From: a virus
Lineage: Duplodnaviria > Caudoviricetes
IMG/VR virus record: IMGVR_UViG_3300049828_000315
Span: 1 to 33,731 of that record
Length of the DNA: 33,731 nt
Direction: 5' to 3' (one strand)
Shown here: one piece after another, positions 16,309-25,860 of the stretch
How the letters are laid out: every line of letters begins with the position of its first letter
How positions within the stretch are numbered: the stretch's first letter is position 1
Notes under the pieces: model-generated
What the model was told of the DNA's origin: nothing
Seen by the model: only the letters and a program-made list of their open reading frames with translations
Database searches by the model: none
Position numbers and translations under genes: made by a program

Positions 16309-16730
16309 CCATGAACCACCTACTCAAACAATGCCGGGATGTTATATCTGCTTGCGTTGGATCGATGCAATTCATCGCCACCGACGATATGAAGCGCAAG
16401 GCGTGTTATGATGCAGCGATCCTAATGGATAAACTCAACGCCGAGATTGCCAGGACGGATGGGCCGAGTGAGGCGCAAGTTGAGGCTGCCGTCGTCGCGT
16501 ATTACGCACCGCTGACGCCACTGGAGTGCATTAGCAAGCGATCTATTGAGGACATGCGCCGCGCCCTCACCGCAGCCGGTGTGCGTGCGCCGAGGGTGAC
16601 GGTGCCGGATAACGACGCAGACAATGACGAATACGGCACCGGATATAGAGCCTGCCGGTGCGACTTCATCCAAGCAATCCGCTCCGCAGGTTGCGTGCCG
16701 GTGGACCAGAAAGGAAACGAAATCAAATGA
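16305..16730 (+). CDS. Hypothetical protein (141 aa)
   Basis: AAGGA RBS, ATGA coupling; MRRALTAA and GYRACR patterns resemble small phage accessory proteins. Confidence 0.75.
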   Translation: MTMNHLLKQCRDVISACVGSMQFIATDDMKRKACYDAAILMDKLNAEIARTDGPSEAQVEAAVVAYYAPLTPLECISKRSIEDMRRALTAAGVRAPRVTVPDNDADNDEYGTGYRACRCDFIQAIRSAGCVPVDQKGNEIK

Positions 16731-16948
16731 GCAAGAAAATATGGCGCGGATTTCACTGCGATTGCACAGTGGTTCACGACTCCGCATGCTTCCCGGTGCG
16801 CGAGGCGATGCGATTATGCAAGGCTGCGGAAGGACTTAACGCATCGAATACAGACAATTACATGGTTAAATGGAACAGGCTGGCGTCAGCAACGGAAGCG
16901 TACATCAAAGCCGTCGCCCGCATGAAGGCGAAGAAAGGCAGCAAATGA
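16727..16948 (+). CDS. Hypothetical protein (73 aa, MSKKIWRGFHCDC...)
   Basis: AAGGA upstream, ATGA overlaps at both ends. Confidence 0.7.
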   Translation: MSKKIWRGFHCDCTVVHDSACFPVREAMRLCKAAEGLNASNTDNYMVKWNRLASATEAYIKAVARMKAKKGSK

Positions 16949-17289
16949 CCATCGACACGAAACGTTTACGCGCCCTTCTCGCTGCCTCAACGCCGGGGAT
17001 ATGGGGCGTAGGTGTGTACTCTCCGCAGTCCGCAACGGAATCACTTACTGAGCCGATTGGGATTACCGTTGGAGGGCCGCGCTTTGTGACATGGGACAGA
17101 ACGAAATGCATGTGTGCTGCCGATGCGATTTTAATCGCAGTAATGCACGCGCAAATGCCCGCCATACTCGACCGCCTTGAACGTCTGGAAGCGGTGGCGG
17201 AGGCGGCGCGGCAAGCGAGTGATGGCGGAATGTGGACCGAGACACCGACGAAATTGCTGGACGCACTCGCATGCCTGGACAAGCCGTGA
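16945..17289 (+). CDS. Ead/Ea22-like protein (114 aa)
   Basis: LRALLAASTPGIW ... DAILIA ... PAILDRLERLE pattern. Confidence 0.65.
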   Translation: MTIDTKRLRALLAASTPGIWGVGVYSPQSATESLTEPIGITVGGPRFVTWDRTKCMCAADAILIAVMHAQMPAILDRLERLEAVAEAARQASDGGMWTETPTKLLDALACLDKP

Positions 17290-17678
17290 TCCTCCTCGCG
17301 CTCACTCTCCTTCAGCCTGCTGCTATGCGCGAGGAGCTTGCCCTGGTCACGGCCTATACGCCGTCCATAGAAGGTGGTGGGGCAGGAACAGGACTCACCT
17401 CAACCGGGATACGAACCGATGACCGACCATACGGCGTTGCCGCTGATCCCTCACTTATCCCCTACGGTTCCGTTGTGCTCATACCAGGGTATCGGGATAC
17501 GGCTGCCAAAGGCGGCCCCTGGTGGTTTGTTGACGATACGGGCGGCGCGATGCGAGCGGATGCAAGGAAAGGGATACTGCATCTGGACGTCCGTATGCGA
17601 CACGTTTCATCCGCCCGGTCGTGGGGAGTACGGTGGCTCATGGTGAAGATATATACGCCTGACAAGGAAGCAAAATGA
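17286..17678 (+). CDS. 3D-domain (MltA-like) lytic transglycosylase with N-terminal hydrophobic signal
   Basis: VTAY, TSTG, VAADP..IPYGS, VDDTGGA, LDV supply the three Asp. GTG start overlaps the previous stop. Confidence 0.85.
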   Translation: MILLALTLLQPAAMREELALVTAYTPSIEGGGAGTGLTSTGIRTDDRPYGVAADPSLIPYGSVVLIPGYRDTAAKGGPWWFVDDTGGAMRADARKGILHLDVRMRHVSSARSWGVRWLMVKIYTPDKEAK

Positions 17679-17857
17679 GAACAGTCATCGACGTGATGCT
17701 CATTCTCATGGTAGTGATCGGTGCGACCGTGTTCGTCATCGATGTCTGCGCCCGCCTTGAACGGTGCGAGCGCAGAATCTATGATCTAGAGTTGCGGGCT
17801 ATCAGGGAGCATAGCGAGCAACTCAGCAGCGGTCGGCTCCGCGATCTTTCCAGATAG
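17675..17857 (+). CDS. Small single-TM protein (60 aa), possible lysis accessory
   Basis: AAGGA RBS; N-terminal hydrophobic helix then charged coiled segment. Confidence 0.55.
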   Translation: MRTVIDVMLILMVVIGATVFVIDVCARLERCERRIYDLELRAIREHSEQLSSGRLRDLSR

Positions 17858-18175
17858 CACGTCGTTCTCCACCTGTATGACCTTGGCCCAGCATTGATCG
17901 GCCCAGGTGGCGAGCTTCATACCGTGATCGTGGAACGGACCAGGGAACCCAGCACGCGCCATGGCGGTGTAGATGGAATCCCAACCGTCAGCGCGGGCCA
18001 CAGCATCGAGATGCTCCTGGACGGCGGATTCCAGCGCAGCCTTGCGAGCCTCGGGTGGCGGCGCGTCCGGAGGTAGTATCTCCACCTCTGGCGCGAGCGC
18101 GGAGGCGAGGCACGACTGCCGCCCGTCCTCGCTGACGACGATGCGGCGTGATTGGTCGGCGTATTTCCAGGTCAT
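17786..18175 (-). CDS. Putative tail fibre assembly/chaperone protein (129 aa)
   Basis: Directly after the fibre gene (ATGA overlap); AVQEHLDAVA..GWDSI...W.DQCW...ELLAMLP pattern. Confidence 0.7.
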   Translation of the reverse strand: MTWKYADQSRRIVVSEDGRQSCLASALAPEVEILPPDAPPPEARKAALESAVQEHLDAVARADGWDSIYTAMARAGFPGPFHDHGMKLATWADQCWAKVIQVENDVLSGKIAEPTAAELLAMLPDSPQL

Positions 18176-20376
18176 AGCTCGGCTCCGGTGAAGAGTATCT
18201 TTGCGGTGGTGGCGTTGGCCGATTGCAATATGTACGGACGCCACTGGGTCAGTCCCGACGCGACCGTGATATCAAGGCTCGCCGCAATCGCGCTGGCGTC
18301 GTAGTGAGCAACGCCGCTGCATACGGCAGGTGAACTGAAGTCAGAAACGCGGAAGTCAGACGCGGCTGATATGCTGATACCCGTCGTCTTGACGCGGGCG
18401 GGAACCATGAACGGTACGTTGAGATATGCCTTTGTTGTCGAGCCAGCTAGGCCAACGGCGGGCAGCGTCGTGTATGTCGTGTAGTTGGATATGATCGGCA
18501 GATATCTGTAGCACAGCATTTCCTCAAGAGACATGGGTCGTTGCTCAAACGGCGTGGCAACGGAACCTTCTTCAAGCTGGACCTGAGCGATGTCGAATGT
18601 TCCGGACTGCTGCCCGAGAGAGACTGTCCGGCTGTTGTAGTCAGACCCGGCGTCAAACCAAAAGCGGACAGCGAGATAGTCCCCAGCACCGACAGTCTTG
18701 CCGGATATAGACGGAACGTCGAATGTGTATTCGTATTTTGCCCACGAAGAAGTGAGCGCAAGCTTGACCGGAGACACAGACACATAAGAAGATCCGCCTG
18801 ATCCGAATATCTGTACCAGCTCAAGCGACATACTCTTGTTCGCATCGGCCTTCGCCCAGAATGAGACAGTGACGGACACACCGCTGCCGGTATTGACGCC
18901 CTCAATGCGCTGCTCTTTGTAGCAGTAGTTTGCCGCACCAGCAACAGACGTGACCGTTGTTCTTGATAGCGTCACAGGGTTTCCTGGTACGTCTGTTTGG
19001 CCAGGAGAAAACGACGTCAGCGCGTGTGTCTTCGTCGTTCCATTGTTCGCGTTGACCCACCTATTGTCGCTCCCATATCCGTCCGCCGTTTGGCTTGTTG
19101 CATAGTCCCATTTACGGAAGCAACCATTGATGATCTTGTTCCGCAGCCCGAACATCAGCGACGGCGCGACGATGTCCGCCGCCTGCGCTCCGGTCATGGC
19201 CGTTTGCATAGCAGGAGATGCGCCAGGATTGCCAGAGATAGTCTTGGATGCAATGAGTGGGCTCTGGAATATCGGAGCCTCGACTACGACGTGGTGCGCC
19301 ACGTATGGAGGATAGGCCGGGTCATCTGGCGGGGTGTTAGTGGCTCCGAACCGTACCGAGAATGTACCGAGTGCGGTGTTTCCAGAGCACGATATGCCGA
19401 CCTTGAAGCTGATGCGATCGTCCACTGCCATGGCGGTGTCTGTGGTCGTCACAACGTCAAAATCAAGCGCGGCAGTCACCGTGGGTATGCTCGTCGCTGA
19501 TATTTGCGCGTTTCCCTCCGCTATGATTTCCTGGAAGACGCCTGCTGAGTTTACTCTCGACGCCTGCACGGTCAGAAGCACTGTACCGTTGAATCCACCG
19601 GATATGCCAGTCAGATACGCATACAGATTCTTGAAGCGCCATGTCCCAGCGGGTATCATGGTGATACCTGGATCCCCTGGTATGGTTATGTATTCGCTGG
19701 TTGAAGATCCGTCCGGAGGAGCGCCAAACGGAGACGCCTTGGCCTTCAGCGTCAACGCCGTCAGCGATACCGTCTGTGTGGAGAAAGGGCCAGCCTCGCC
19801 AATACAGTCAAACGAGCTGTTCTGTGTGTAGGGCTGTCTGGTGGCCACATTCTTCGGAGTTGTGGACCCGTCTCCCATATCGTACTTCGGAGCGAGATCG
19901 TACCGAGTCGTGTTCGATCCCATGGCGATGACGGGGATGTTAATTAGCGGAACCTTCGCGTCAGCGTCCAGAGGCGCGACGCCGTTGGCAGCGCCGAGTA
20001 AGCCAGTTCCCAGGAACGAGGACGACGCCATGGTTGCCGAGCTTCCAAGGCCCAGTGCCGTCCTGGCGGTTGCCTCATCGTTCGCGGCCACCACCAATCT
20101 TCCAACGGCGCCCTCCACCGCGTCAAGTTGCATCTTGGTCATGGTGGTGGTCACACCGCCAGAAACGACATCAATGTCGTACACAGCATTGGTCGCGTTG
20201 AAATAGTAACGCCCATTTGAGTCCGTGGTCAACGGGTTGCTCCGTCCCGTCGTCTCGTCGTCTTCATACAAGGTCGCGAGCGTTTGGGTACCCGTCAGGC
20301 GTACGCGAACCGACGCGCCGACTGCCGGGATTCCCGTACGAGTGAGCACGTCACCGATGAATTTGCGCAATGCCAT
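18172..20376 (-). CDS. Tail fibre / receptor-binding protein (734 aa)
   Basis: N-terminal Ig-like NPLTTDSNGRYYF, ARTALGLG, GVAPLDADAKVP, C-terminal CBM-like RNKIINGCF...QVQLEEGSVATPFEQR. Confidence 0.85.
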   Translation of the reverse strand: MALRKFIGDVLTRTGIPAVGASVRVRLTGTQTLATLYEDDETTGRSNPLTTDSNGRYYFNATNAVYDIDVVSGGVTTTMTKMQLDAVEGAVGRLVVAANDEATARTALGLGSSATMASSSFLGTGLLGAANGVAPLDADAKVPLINIPVIAMGSNTTRYDLAPKYDMGDGSTTPKNVATRQPYTQNSSFDCIGEAGPFSTQTVSLTALTLKAKASPFGAPPDGSSTSEYITIPGDPGITMIPAGTWRFKNLYAYLTGISGGFNGTVLLTVQASRVNSAGVFQEIIAEGNAQISATSIPTVTAALDFDVVTTTDTAMAVDDRISFKVGISCSGNTALGTFSVRFGATNTPPDDPAYPPYVAHHVVVEAPIFQSPLIASKTISGNPGASPAMQTAMTGAQAADIVAPSLMFGLRNKIINGCFRKWDYATSQTADGYGSDNRWVNANNGTTKTHALTSFSPGQTDVPGNPVTLSRTTVTSVAGAANYCYKEQRIEGVNTGSGVSVTVSFWAKADANKSMSLELVQIFGSGGSSYVSVSPVKLALTSSWAKYEYTFDVPSISGKTVGAGDYLAVRFWFDAGSDYNSRTVSLGQQSGTFDIAQVQLEEGSVATPFEQRPMSLEEMLCYRYLPIISNYTTYTTLPAVGLAGSTTKAYLNVPFMVPARVKTTGISISAASDFRVSDFSSPAVCSGVAHYDASAIAASLDITVASGLTQWRPYILQSANATTAKILFTGAEL

Positions 20377-20391
20377 GTTGGTCTTCCTGGG

Positions 20392-21069
20392 TTAATAGTT
20401 GATGCGAACAAGACCGGGCTGCGCGGGCAAAGTACGAACGCCAGTGCTCGGGCCTGAGTAGGAGAATGCTCCAGCGCCGTTGGACTCGGTATTTCCTCCA
20501 TGCGGCGATCCGTGCTGGCATACCGGCGTGCCACCTCCTGCGGCGGCCTGACCGCCAGACGCGCCAGCGAATCCAGCGCCTCCGTATCCGCCAGTGCCGC
20601 CGATCCCTGGGGTGTTCCCGCTGCGATACTTGCCAGGCTTCGCCTCGACAAGCACGGTTGATCCGCGCTTCACAAACGACGATCCGCCGTCACCAGAGGC
20701 CCCCGCCGCTCCGACGATCACGGTAAGATCTTCAAGCGGTGTGACTGCGATTCTTGCCAGCCTGCGTTCGCCAGATCCGCCGCCCAGCACATAAGAGCTG
20801 TTGTCGTACATATCGCCGCCGCCGCCCGTGGCGTCTACCTCGACGGAGCTAACGCCAGCAGGTATGGGCAGCGTGTACGTTCCCGCCGCGTTGTAGATCG
20901 TCGTGTTCTGCCCCGGCACAGTGGCCAGCGCAGCAAGCGCGATCTTGGGTGCAGTGACGTCGCCTTCGAGCATCGCCAGGAGGTTATTGCGCAGGCGTGT
21001 CATCAACGAGTTGGTCACCGGCTTACCGCTGGCGATCTCAGCGTCGCTGATTGTATTGTAGGAGGTCAT
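20392..21069 (-). CDS. Glycine-rich minor tail protein (225 aa)
   Basis: N-terminal I.DAEIASGKPVT..LMTRLRNN; GTYT..IPAGV...GGGG...GGGSG glycine-rich domain. Confidence 0.75.
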   Translation of the reverse strand: MTSYNTISDAEIASGKPVTNSLMTRLRNNLLAMLEGDVTAPKIALAALATVPGQNTTIYNAAGTYTLPIPAGVSSVEVDATGGGGDMYDNSSYVLGGGSGERRLARIAVTPLEDLTVIVGAAGASGDGGSSFVKRGSTVLVEAKPGKYRSGNTPGIGGTGGYGGAGFAGASGGQAAAGGGTPVCQHGSPHGGNTESNGAGAFSYSGPSTGVRTLPAQPGLVRINY

Positions 21070-22796
21070 ACGATCTTGTACCCTTCAGAGCCGTCGCTCA
21101 TTTGTTCGGTGGCAGTGACGCAGATATATCCGCCGGTGTTGCGGTCGTTCTCGGAAGCGTTCTCATAGTCAGGCGCGTCGTCCCTCATAACATAGCAGTA
21201 ACGGCCCTGAAAGAAAGACTCGGCCAGAACCAGCTCAAAGCTCGTTCCACGGTCTACCTCTTTGGCCTGCATGACCTGCATGTTGAGAGTGGCTGTGCTG
21301 CCGTCCGGATTCTGGAGCAGGCGCGTATTGATACGCACCGGAGTGCCAGTCCATATGTCCGCGTCCTTGGCGTCGATCTTCACCGTGACGTAGCGCGGGT
21401 TGTCGCGGTACTTGTCGAGATACTGAGACGCTATCGACACCGGCTGCGATACGTTGGTATAGGGGATCCATTCGCAGAAGAATGCCTTGACCTTCTGCTG
21501 GTTGTATTCAAAGGCGCTCTCCGCGTCCGCATCGACATTGGCGAACACAGATTTGAAATTCTCAGGGCTGTTGTCGAGATTGGGAATCGTCTTGCCGTAG
21601 TAGACCCATACCTGCGAAACGCGCTCTTCCGGCTTCTCGTCTACCTTGGTTGAGTTCTCTATGATGCTATCGTCGTCGTTGAGCGATCGAACCTCACCCC
21701 ACGTAGCCGGGCGGATCGCGCGCAGTTGGATCTTCTGGGCGCGTTCATCCCACCAGAGATAGCACCCGGCTTGCTTCGCTATATCGTTGACGAGGTTGGC
21801 GGCACCGGTCGGCGTGCTTAGCGTGTGCGTGAAGATAGCGTTCGCCATCCACGTTCCGGCTTCCGTCGTCCACGCGGAGTAGTCAACAAAGCCAGAAGAG
21901 ATACCCGCACGCGTGACCAGAATATCGTATATGATCGCATGAGCCGCCGTCGCGGTGTAGCGGACGCACAGCTGAATCTTGTCGCCTATGTCGTGGTCGT
22001 CCGTCGTCGTACCGTCTACTGCGCGTCCGGTAATCGTGAAGGTGTCTCCACTCCTGGTGAAGTTGATGAACTCGTCACCTATTGCTACCGTGCCGCTCGC
22101 GCCGTATTGCGTACCCTTGCCGGACGCGACGGTGAACGTGGTGCTGCCTCCGACGATAGCGGACGTCAGAAGACCGTCCGTCACCGGAGGCACCTGAACG
22201 CGGTCATCGTCAGCCAGCTTCAGAGGGTCCTTGGCCGTTATGACGACCATACCCTTGCTATCCGGTCCTGTGATCTTCTCTATGACGTACGCTGACGTGA
22301 GGAAGTTCGCCTCGTCATAAACACCGTCGATCAGATACCCGGTCTTGATGCGTATCGGTCTACCGAGATAGAAGCGGTTGCGAGCGAGGAGTCTACCCCA
22401 GAACGTTCCCTGCGTTGTCGGGTTGTAGGGCCTTGTTGCGACGTAGGGGTCAACCGCTATGTCGCTGTGGGTATGGTCCGTCAGCGTGACTGTGACGGCA
22501 GCGCGAACGCCCATACCCTTCGACGGGTCTATGCGTGTAGGCGAGCTGACCACTTTCTGGAGTGAGGGAATTGCCTGATGACCGACGTCCAGCAGCATAT
22601 CAGAGAAGATGTATGTCTTGACGGTCTTGCTGAAGTTGGGCTTGTCCCGGCACGTGCCGAACGTGTTGAAGCACTTGGTTGCGAAGGTAGCGGTACACGG
22701 AGCAACGCCGTACGTGCGGGCGCAATAGTCAAGATCAATCTCGACTACCGTGCAGGGACTGCGCCCGAACCGCGACCGCTCCGTGTCCCAGGTCAT
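21066..22796 (-). CDS. Tail tip / baseplate hub protein (576 aa)
   Basis: Follows the distal tail gene; N-terminal Cys cluster C..TYG..PCTA...KCFNT..TC; AKDPLKLAD. Confidence 0.75.
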   Translation of the reverse strand: MTWDTERSRFGRSPCTVVEIDLDYCARTYGVAPCTATFATKCFNTFGTCRDKPNFSKTVKTYIFSDMLLDVGHQAIPSLQKVVSSPTRIDPSKGMGVRAAVTVTLTDHTHSDIAVDPYVATRPYNPTTQGTFWGRLLARNRFYLGRPIRIKTGYLIDGVYDEANFLTSAYVIEKITGPDSKGMVVITAKDPLKLADDDRVQVPPVTDGLLTSAIVGGSTTFTVASGKGTQYGASGTVAIGDEFINFTRSGDTFTITGRAVDGTTTDDHDIGDKIQLCVRYTATAAHAIIYDILVTRAGISSGFVDYSAWTTEAGTWMANAIFTHTLSTPTGAANLVNDIAKQAGCYLWWDERAQKIQLRAIRPATWGEVRSLNDDDSIIENSTKVDEKPEERVSQVWVYYGKTIPNLDNSPENFKSVFANVDADAESAFEYNQQKVKAFFCEWIPYTNVSQPVSIASQYLDKYRDNPRYVTVKIDAKDADIWTGTPVRINTRLLQNPDGSTATLNMQVMQAKEVDRGTSFELVLAESFFQGRYCYVMRDDAPDYENASENDRNTGGYICVTATEQMSDGSEGYKIV

Positions 22797-23602
22797 TCGA
22801 CTCTCCCCGTGCAGGATACCGCGCAGGACATATAGGAATGATTCGTGAACCTCGGATGCGTGAAGTCCTTACTCGGGTCATTCACCCAGCAGAAGGCAGC
22901 CTCAGCCGGATAGTCGAGTGAATTCCACTGCACAAAGAAAGGCATGGACTCTGCAGCGAATACGAACGGCATCCACTCCCCACGGATGAACTCCTGCGTG
23001 ATCCAATCAAAGTTCATGTCGAATTTGACGCCCTTGCGGCGGAAGCTGCGGCCGAGGAGTGACCCGCTCTCGCTGACGCTGGTGATGGACTCGGCCACGC
23101 GACCCATATAGGGAGGGGTGAATCCGGTCCAGCATCCACGCTCCATAACGACCGAGCGACCGATGTAGGCTATGGCGAGGAAGAAAGTGCCAGAGGTTGC
23201 GAACTCAATCTTCCACTCCTTCGCCAGGATCGGCGCGAAGGAGATCATGATTGGCGATGAGTCTATGACGGTGAACGGAGTGCCTGCGGTGTACCACGTT
23301 CCGCCGGTCTTGTACTTGACCGTGATGGTCGTGCCGGCGGCAACCATATTGCCGCCGTGCAGCGCGACATAATTCACTTCCTGGTCTGAAGGGAACACGC
23401 CCGAGATATAGTGCGACGTGCCGCTGCTCTGCTTCCAGTATGTGAACTCTTTACCATCCAGGAGATTCGCCTTGAGATATGAGCCATCCTCGCTCGACAC
23501 GGTGAACGTGCAGTCGGAGCGCGTCAGCAGATTCTCATAACCGATGCAAGGGAACTTGCTTGGCCAGGATGAGACTGGGATGATCGTGCGCTGGATTCTC
23601 AT
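22793..23602 (-). CDS. Putative distal tail protein (269 aa)
   Basis: Directly downstream of tape measure; beta-rich; SESG..LGRS, PFF..W pattern. Confidence 0.65.
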   Translation of the reverse strand: MRIQRTIIPVSSWPSKFPCIGYENLLTRSDCTFTVSSEDGSYLKANLLDGKEFTYWKQSSGTSHYISGVFPSDQEVNYVALHGGNMVAAGTTITVKYKTGGTWYTAGTPFTVIDSSPIMISFAPILAKEWKIEFATSGTFFLAIAYIGRSVVMERGCWTGFTPPYMGRVAESITSVSESGSLLGRSFRRKGVKFDMNFDWITQEFIRGEWMPFVFAAESMPFFVQWNSLDYPAEAAFCWVNDPSKDFTHPRFTNHSYMSCAVSCTGRVE

Positions 23603-25860
23603 GCTGCCTCAATCCTTGCGCCGTCGCGCCGTGCGTCATTTATCTGGTCAATCAGTTTGAACACCGCGTCCCTGGATACGAAGTCGCCTTCCACTGAGAG
23701 ATAGATTGTCTGCTGAGGAGCCTGCTGCATGGACGGTATGCCCTGATTGTTCAGCTCACCGGGCATAGGTGCTCCGGACGGGCTTCCGCCTCCTCCCGCG
23801 CTAACCGAGCCGCCGCCACCGAATGAGGCGGAGCTAATCGTCTGGAGCTGGACCATACCCGCTGCGACGGCGGTTGCCGCGAACGCCGCACCGAGTACCG
23901 GACCACCGATAGCGGAACCGAATTTGAAGCTGCTCATGGCGGCTTCGGCGGTATTGACTACGGTCTGGGCGTACGCTGCGATCTTTCCAATCTCGAACAT
24001 CTGCTTGTTCTTGCTGTTCATCAGCGTGGCGATGTTCCCGAGATACTGGCTGGCGACGGACATCTTGCCTTCCCAACCGGAGCGCCACAGCTTCATCTGC
24101 GCGCCTGCGGCTGAGCTGCTGATGGCCAGCAGACGGTCCTGGTGCTCCTGCTCTATCTGCTCGCGCAGCTTGTTCCGCTCGCCGTCGTAGGCAAAGTCTG
24201 CGTCCTTCATTTCATTCAGCGTGGATACGCGCTTGTTGTACTCCGCCATTTCAATTTCAGTTTCAGTGCCGACCTGCGCGCGCAAGGCATCCAGTTTCTT
24301 CTGTCTCGCGTCCGCCTCCAGGTCAAGCTCCGTGTTTCCAGAGTCGTCTACCGTCCGCCCCTTCTTCGTTGTGGTAGCGGTCTTCATGTCGAGATTCTTG
24401 CGCGCACGGTCCTTCCACTCAATGATGCCCTTCCCCTCGAAAGGCTTGTTCAGAATATCATTGAGCTGCTCCCAGTATTCCTTCTCAGCGACACGGGCCA
24501 GCTTGTTCGATTCGCTCTTGTACCCCTCCGTGGCCTTATTGAAGTTGAACGAGCTAACCGCCTCGCCTATCTGAGCTCCTGCTTCTTTCCACGCCTCGCT
24601 GACGACGTTCGCCTGTAGCTTCAGTGCGTTGGCCGCCTCCTCGGTACTCTTCTTGGTACCGGTCACCATGGACCGTCCTGCGTCTTCGACTGACTTGCCG
24701 ACACTTCCTGGAAGGTAGCTGAGCGCCTTACCTATGGCTATGAGCGAGCCACCTATGGTCGCCTGGATACTGTTCATAACGAGGGTCACACCAGACTTCA
24801 GACCCTCCCAGGCGAGCATAGAAGTCTCATAGAGAGCGTACCAGACATTACCAACCGCCATTCCGAAGTTGCTCAAGATCCCGTACAGGTACGAGAGGAC
24901 TGCACTGACCGAATCGCGCACCTCATACATGGTAACACTGAGACTTGCCACGACCGCCTTCGCAGCGTGCCATGCAATCTGGAATATGCGGACGGCATCG
25001 ACGATGACCGCCACGCCAGAGAACGTCGCGTCCACTAGCCACTTCATGGCATCGCGCACGTTGTCTATGGCGTTCTCATTCTGGGTAAAGTCCTCGACAA
25101 GTTGAACGACGAAGGGCGACAATTCAGATCCTATAACCTTGGCCACGCCAGCGGCATACTGCTCCATCAGCTCAAGAGCGTCGGCCGCAGCCTCCAGCTT
25201 GTTGTAATCCTGCTTACCGAGGACCGTGCCGGTGTCGCTGATTTCCTTCTTCAGGTCAGACACCTTATCCGCGCTGCCTTTAACGAGCAGCGCCATATCC
25301 GACGCACCGCGACCGAGAAGCGCCATGGTGGCGACCGTCCGCTGCGATTGGTCGCCTACTTTGCTCAGCGCGTCCCTGACTGCTTCAAAGCGGTCCTCTG
25401 GTTTCATCGCAGTCACTTCGGCTATAGATAGGCCGAGTTGCTTGAAGAGAAGCGCCTGCTGTGACGTCGGATCTTTCGCGGCCACCATAGCGCGCTCCAG
25501 GAAGCGGAACGAGCTGGTGATGCTCTCTATGGAGGTTCCCGTCTGGCGCGCCACCCAATCCATCTGCTGTAGCCATTCGACGCTGACGCCGATCTTGTCG
25601 GCCATCTTGTTCAATTTGTCGCCCGCGTTGAATGCCTGCACCGCCATCACGCCTATACCGGCTGCGGCTGCCGTGGTCATGGCAATACCCATTCCCGCCG
25701 CGAGCTTGCCGACGCTGGCAAGCTCCTTACCCATGCGCGAGAAGTTGACCTGGAACTGACTCGACATCTTTTCAGTCAAGCTGAGCGCACGCGTCAACTC
25801 CGTTGTGAACTTCGCGCCCTCCAGGGTAAGCTCGACGGCCAGATGTTCGATCACGCTCAT
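23599..25860 (-). CDS. Tail tape measure protein (753 aa)
   Basis: Ala/Gly-rich helical protein after the chaperones; typical N-terminus LAVELTLEGAKF and C-terminal beta segment. Confidence 0.9.
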   Translation of the reverse strand: MSVIEHLAVELTLEGAKFTTELTRALSLTEKMSSQFQVNFSRMGKELASVGKLAAGMGIAMTTAAAAGIGVMAVQAFNAGDKLNKMADKIGVSVEWLQQMDWVARQTGTSIESITSSFRFLERAMVAAKDPTSQQALLFKQLGLSIAEVTAMKPEDRFEAVRDALSKVGDQSQRTVATMALLGRGASDMALLVKGSADKVSDLKKEISDTGTVLGKQDYNKLEAAADALELMEQYAAGVAKVIGSELSPFVVQLVEDFTQNENAIDNVRDAMKWLVDATFSGVAVIVDAVRIFQIAWHAAKAVVASLSVTMYEVRDSVSAVLSYLYGILSNFGMAVGNVWYALYETSMLAWEGLKSGVTLVMNSIQATIGGSLIAIGKALSYLPGSVGKSVEDAGRSMVTGTKKSTEEAANALKLQANVVSEAWKEAGAQIGEAVSSFNFNKATEGYKSESNKLARVAEKEYWEQLNDILNKPFEGKGIIEWKDRARKNLDMKTATTTKKGRTVDDSGNTELDLEADARQKKLDALRAQVGTETEIEMAEYNKRVSTLNEMKDADFAYDGERNKLREQIEQEHQDRLLAISSSAAGAQMKLWRSGWEGKMSVASQYLGNIATLMNSKNKQMFEIGKIAAYAQTVVNTAEAAMSSFKFGSAIGGPVLGAAFAATAVAAGMVQLQTISSASFGGGGSVSAGGGGSPSGAPMPGELNNQGIPSMQQAPQQTIYLSVEGDFVSRDAVFKLIDQINDARRDGARIEAA

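Noticed and set aside
14598-17289. Hypermodification (glycosylated hmC or hmU derivatives)
   Set aside because: No glycosyltransferase or other recognisable hypermodification genes nearby. It cannot be excluded for the unseen part of the genome.
18172-20376. Diversity-generating retroelement acting on the tail fibre
   Set aside because: No reverse transcriptase and no template/variable repeat pair seen in the window.
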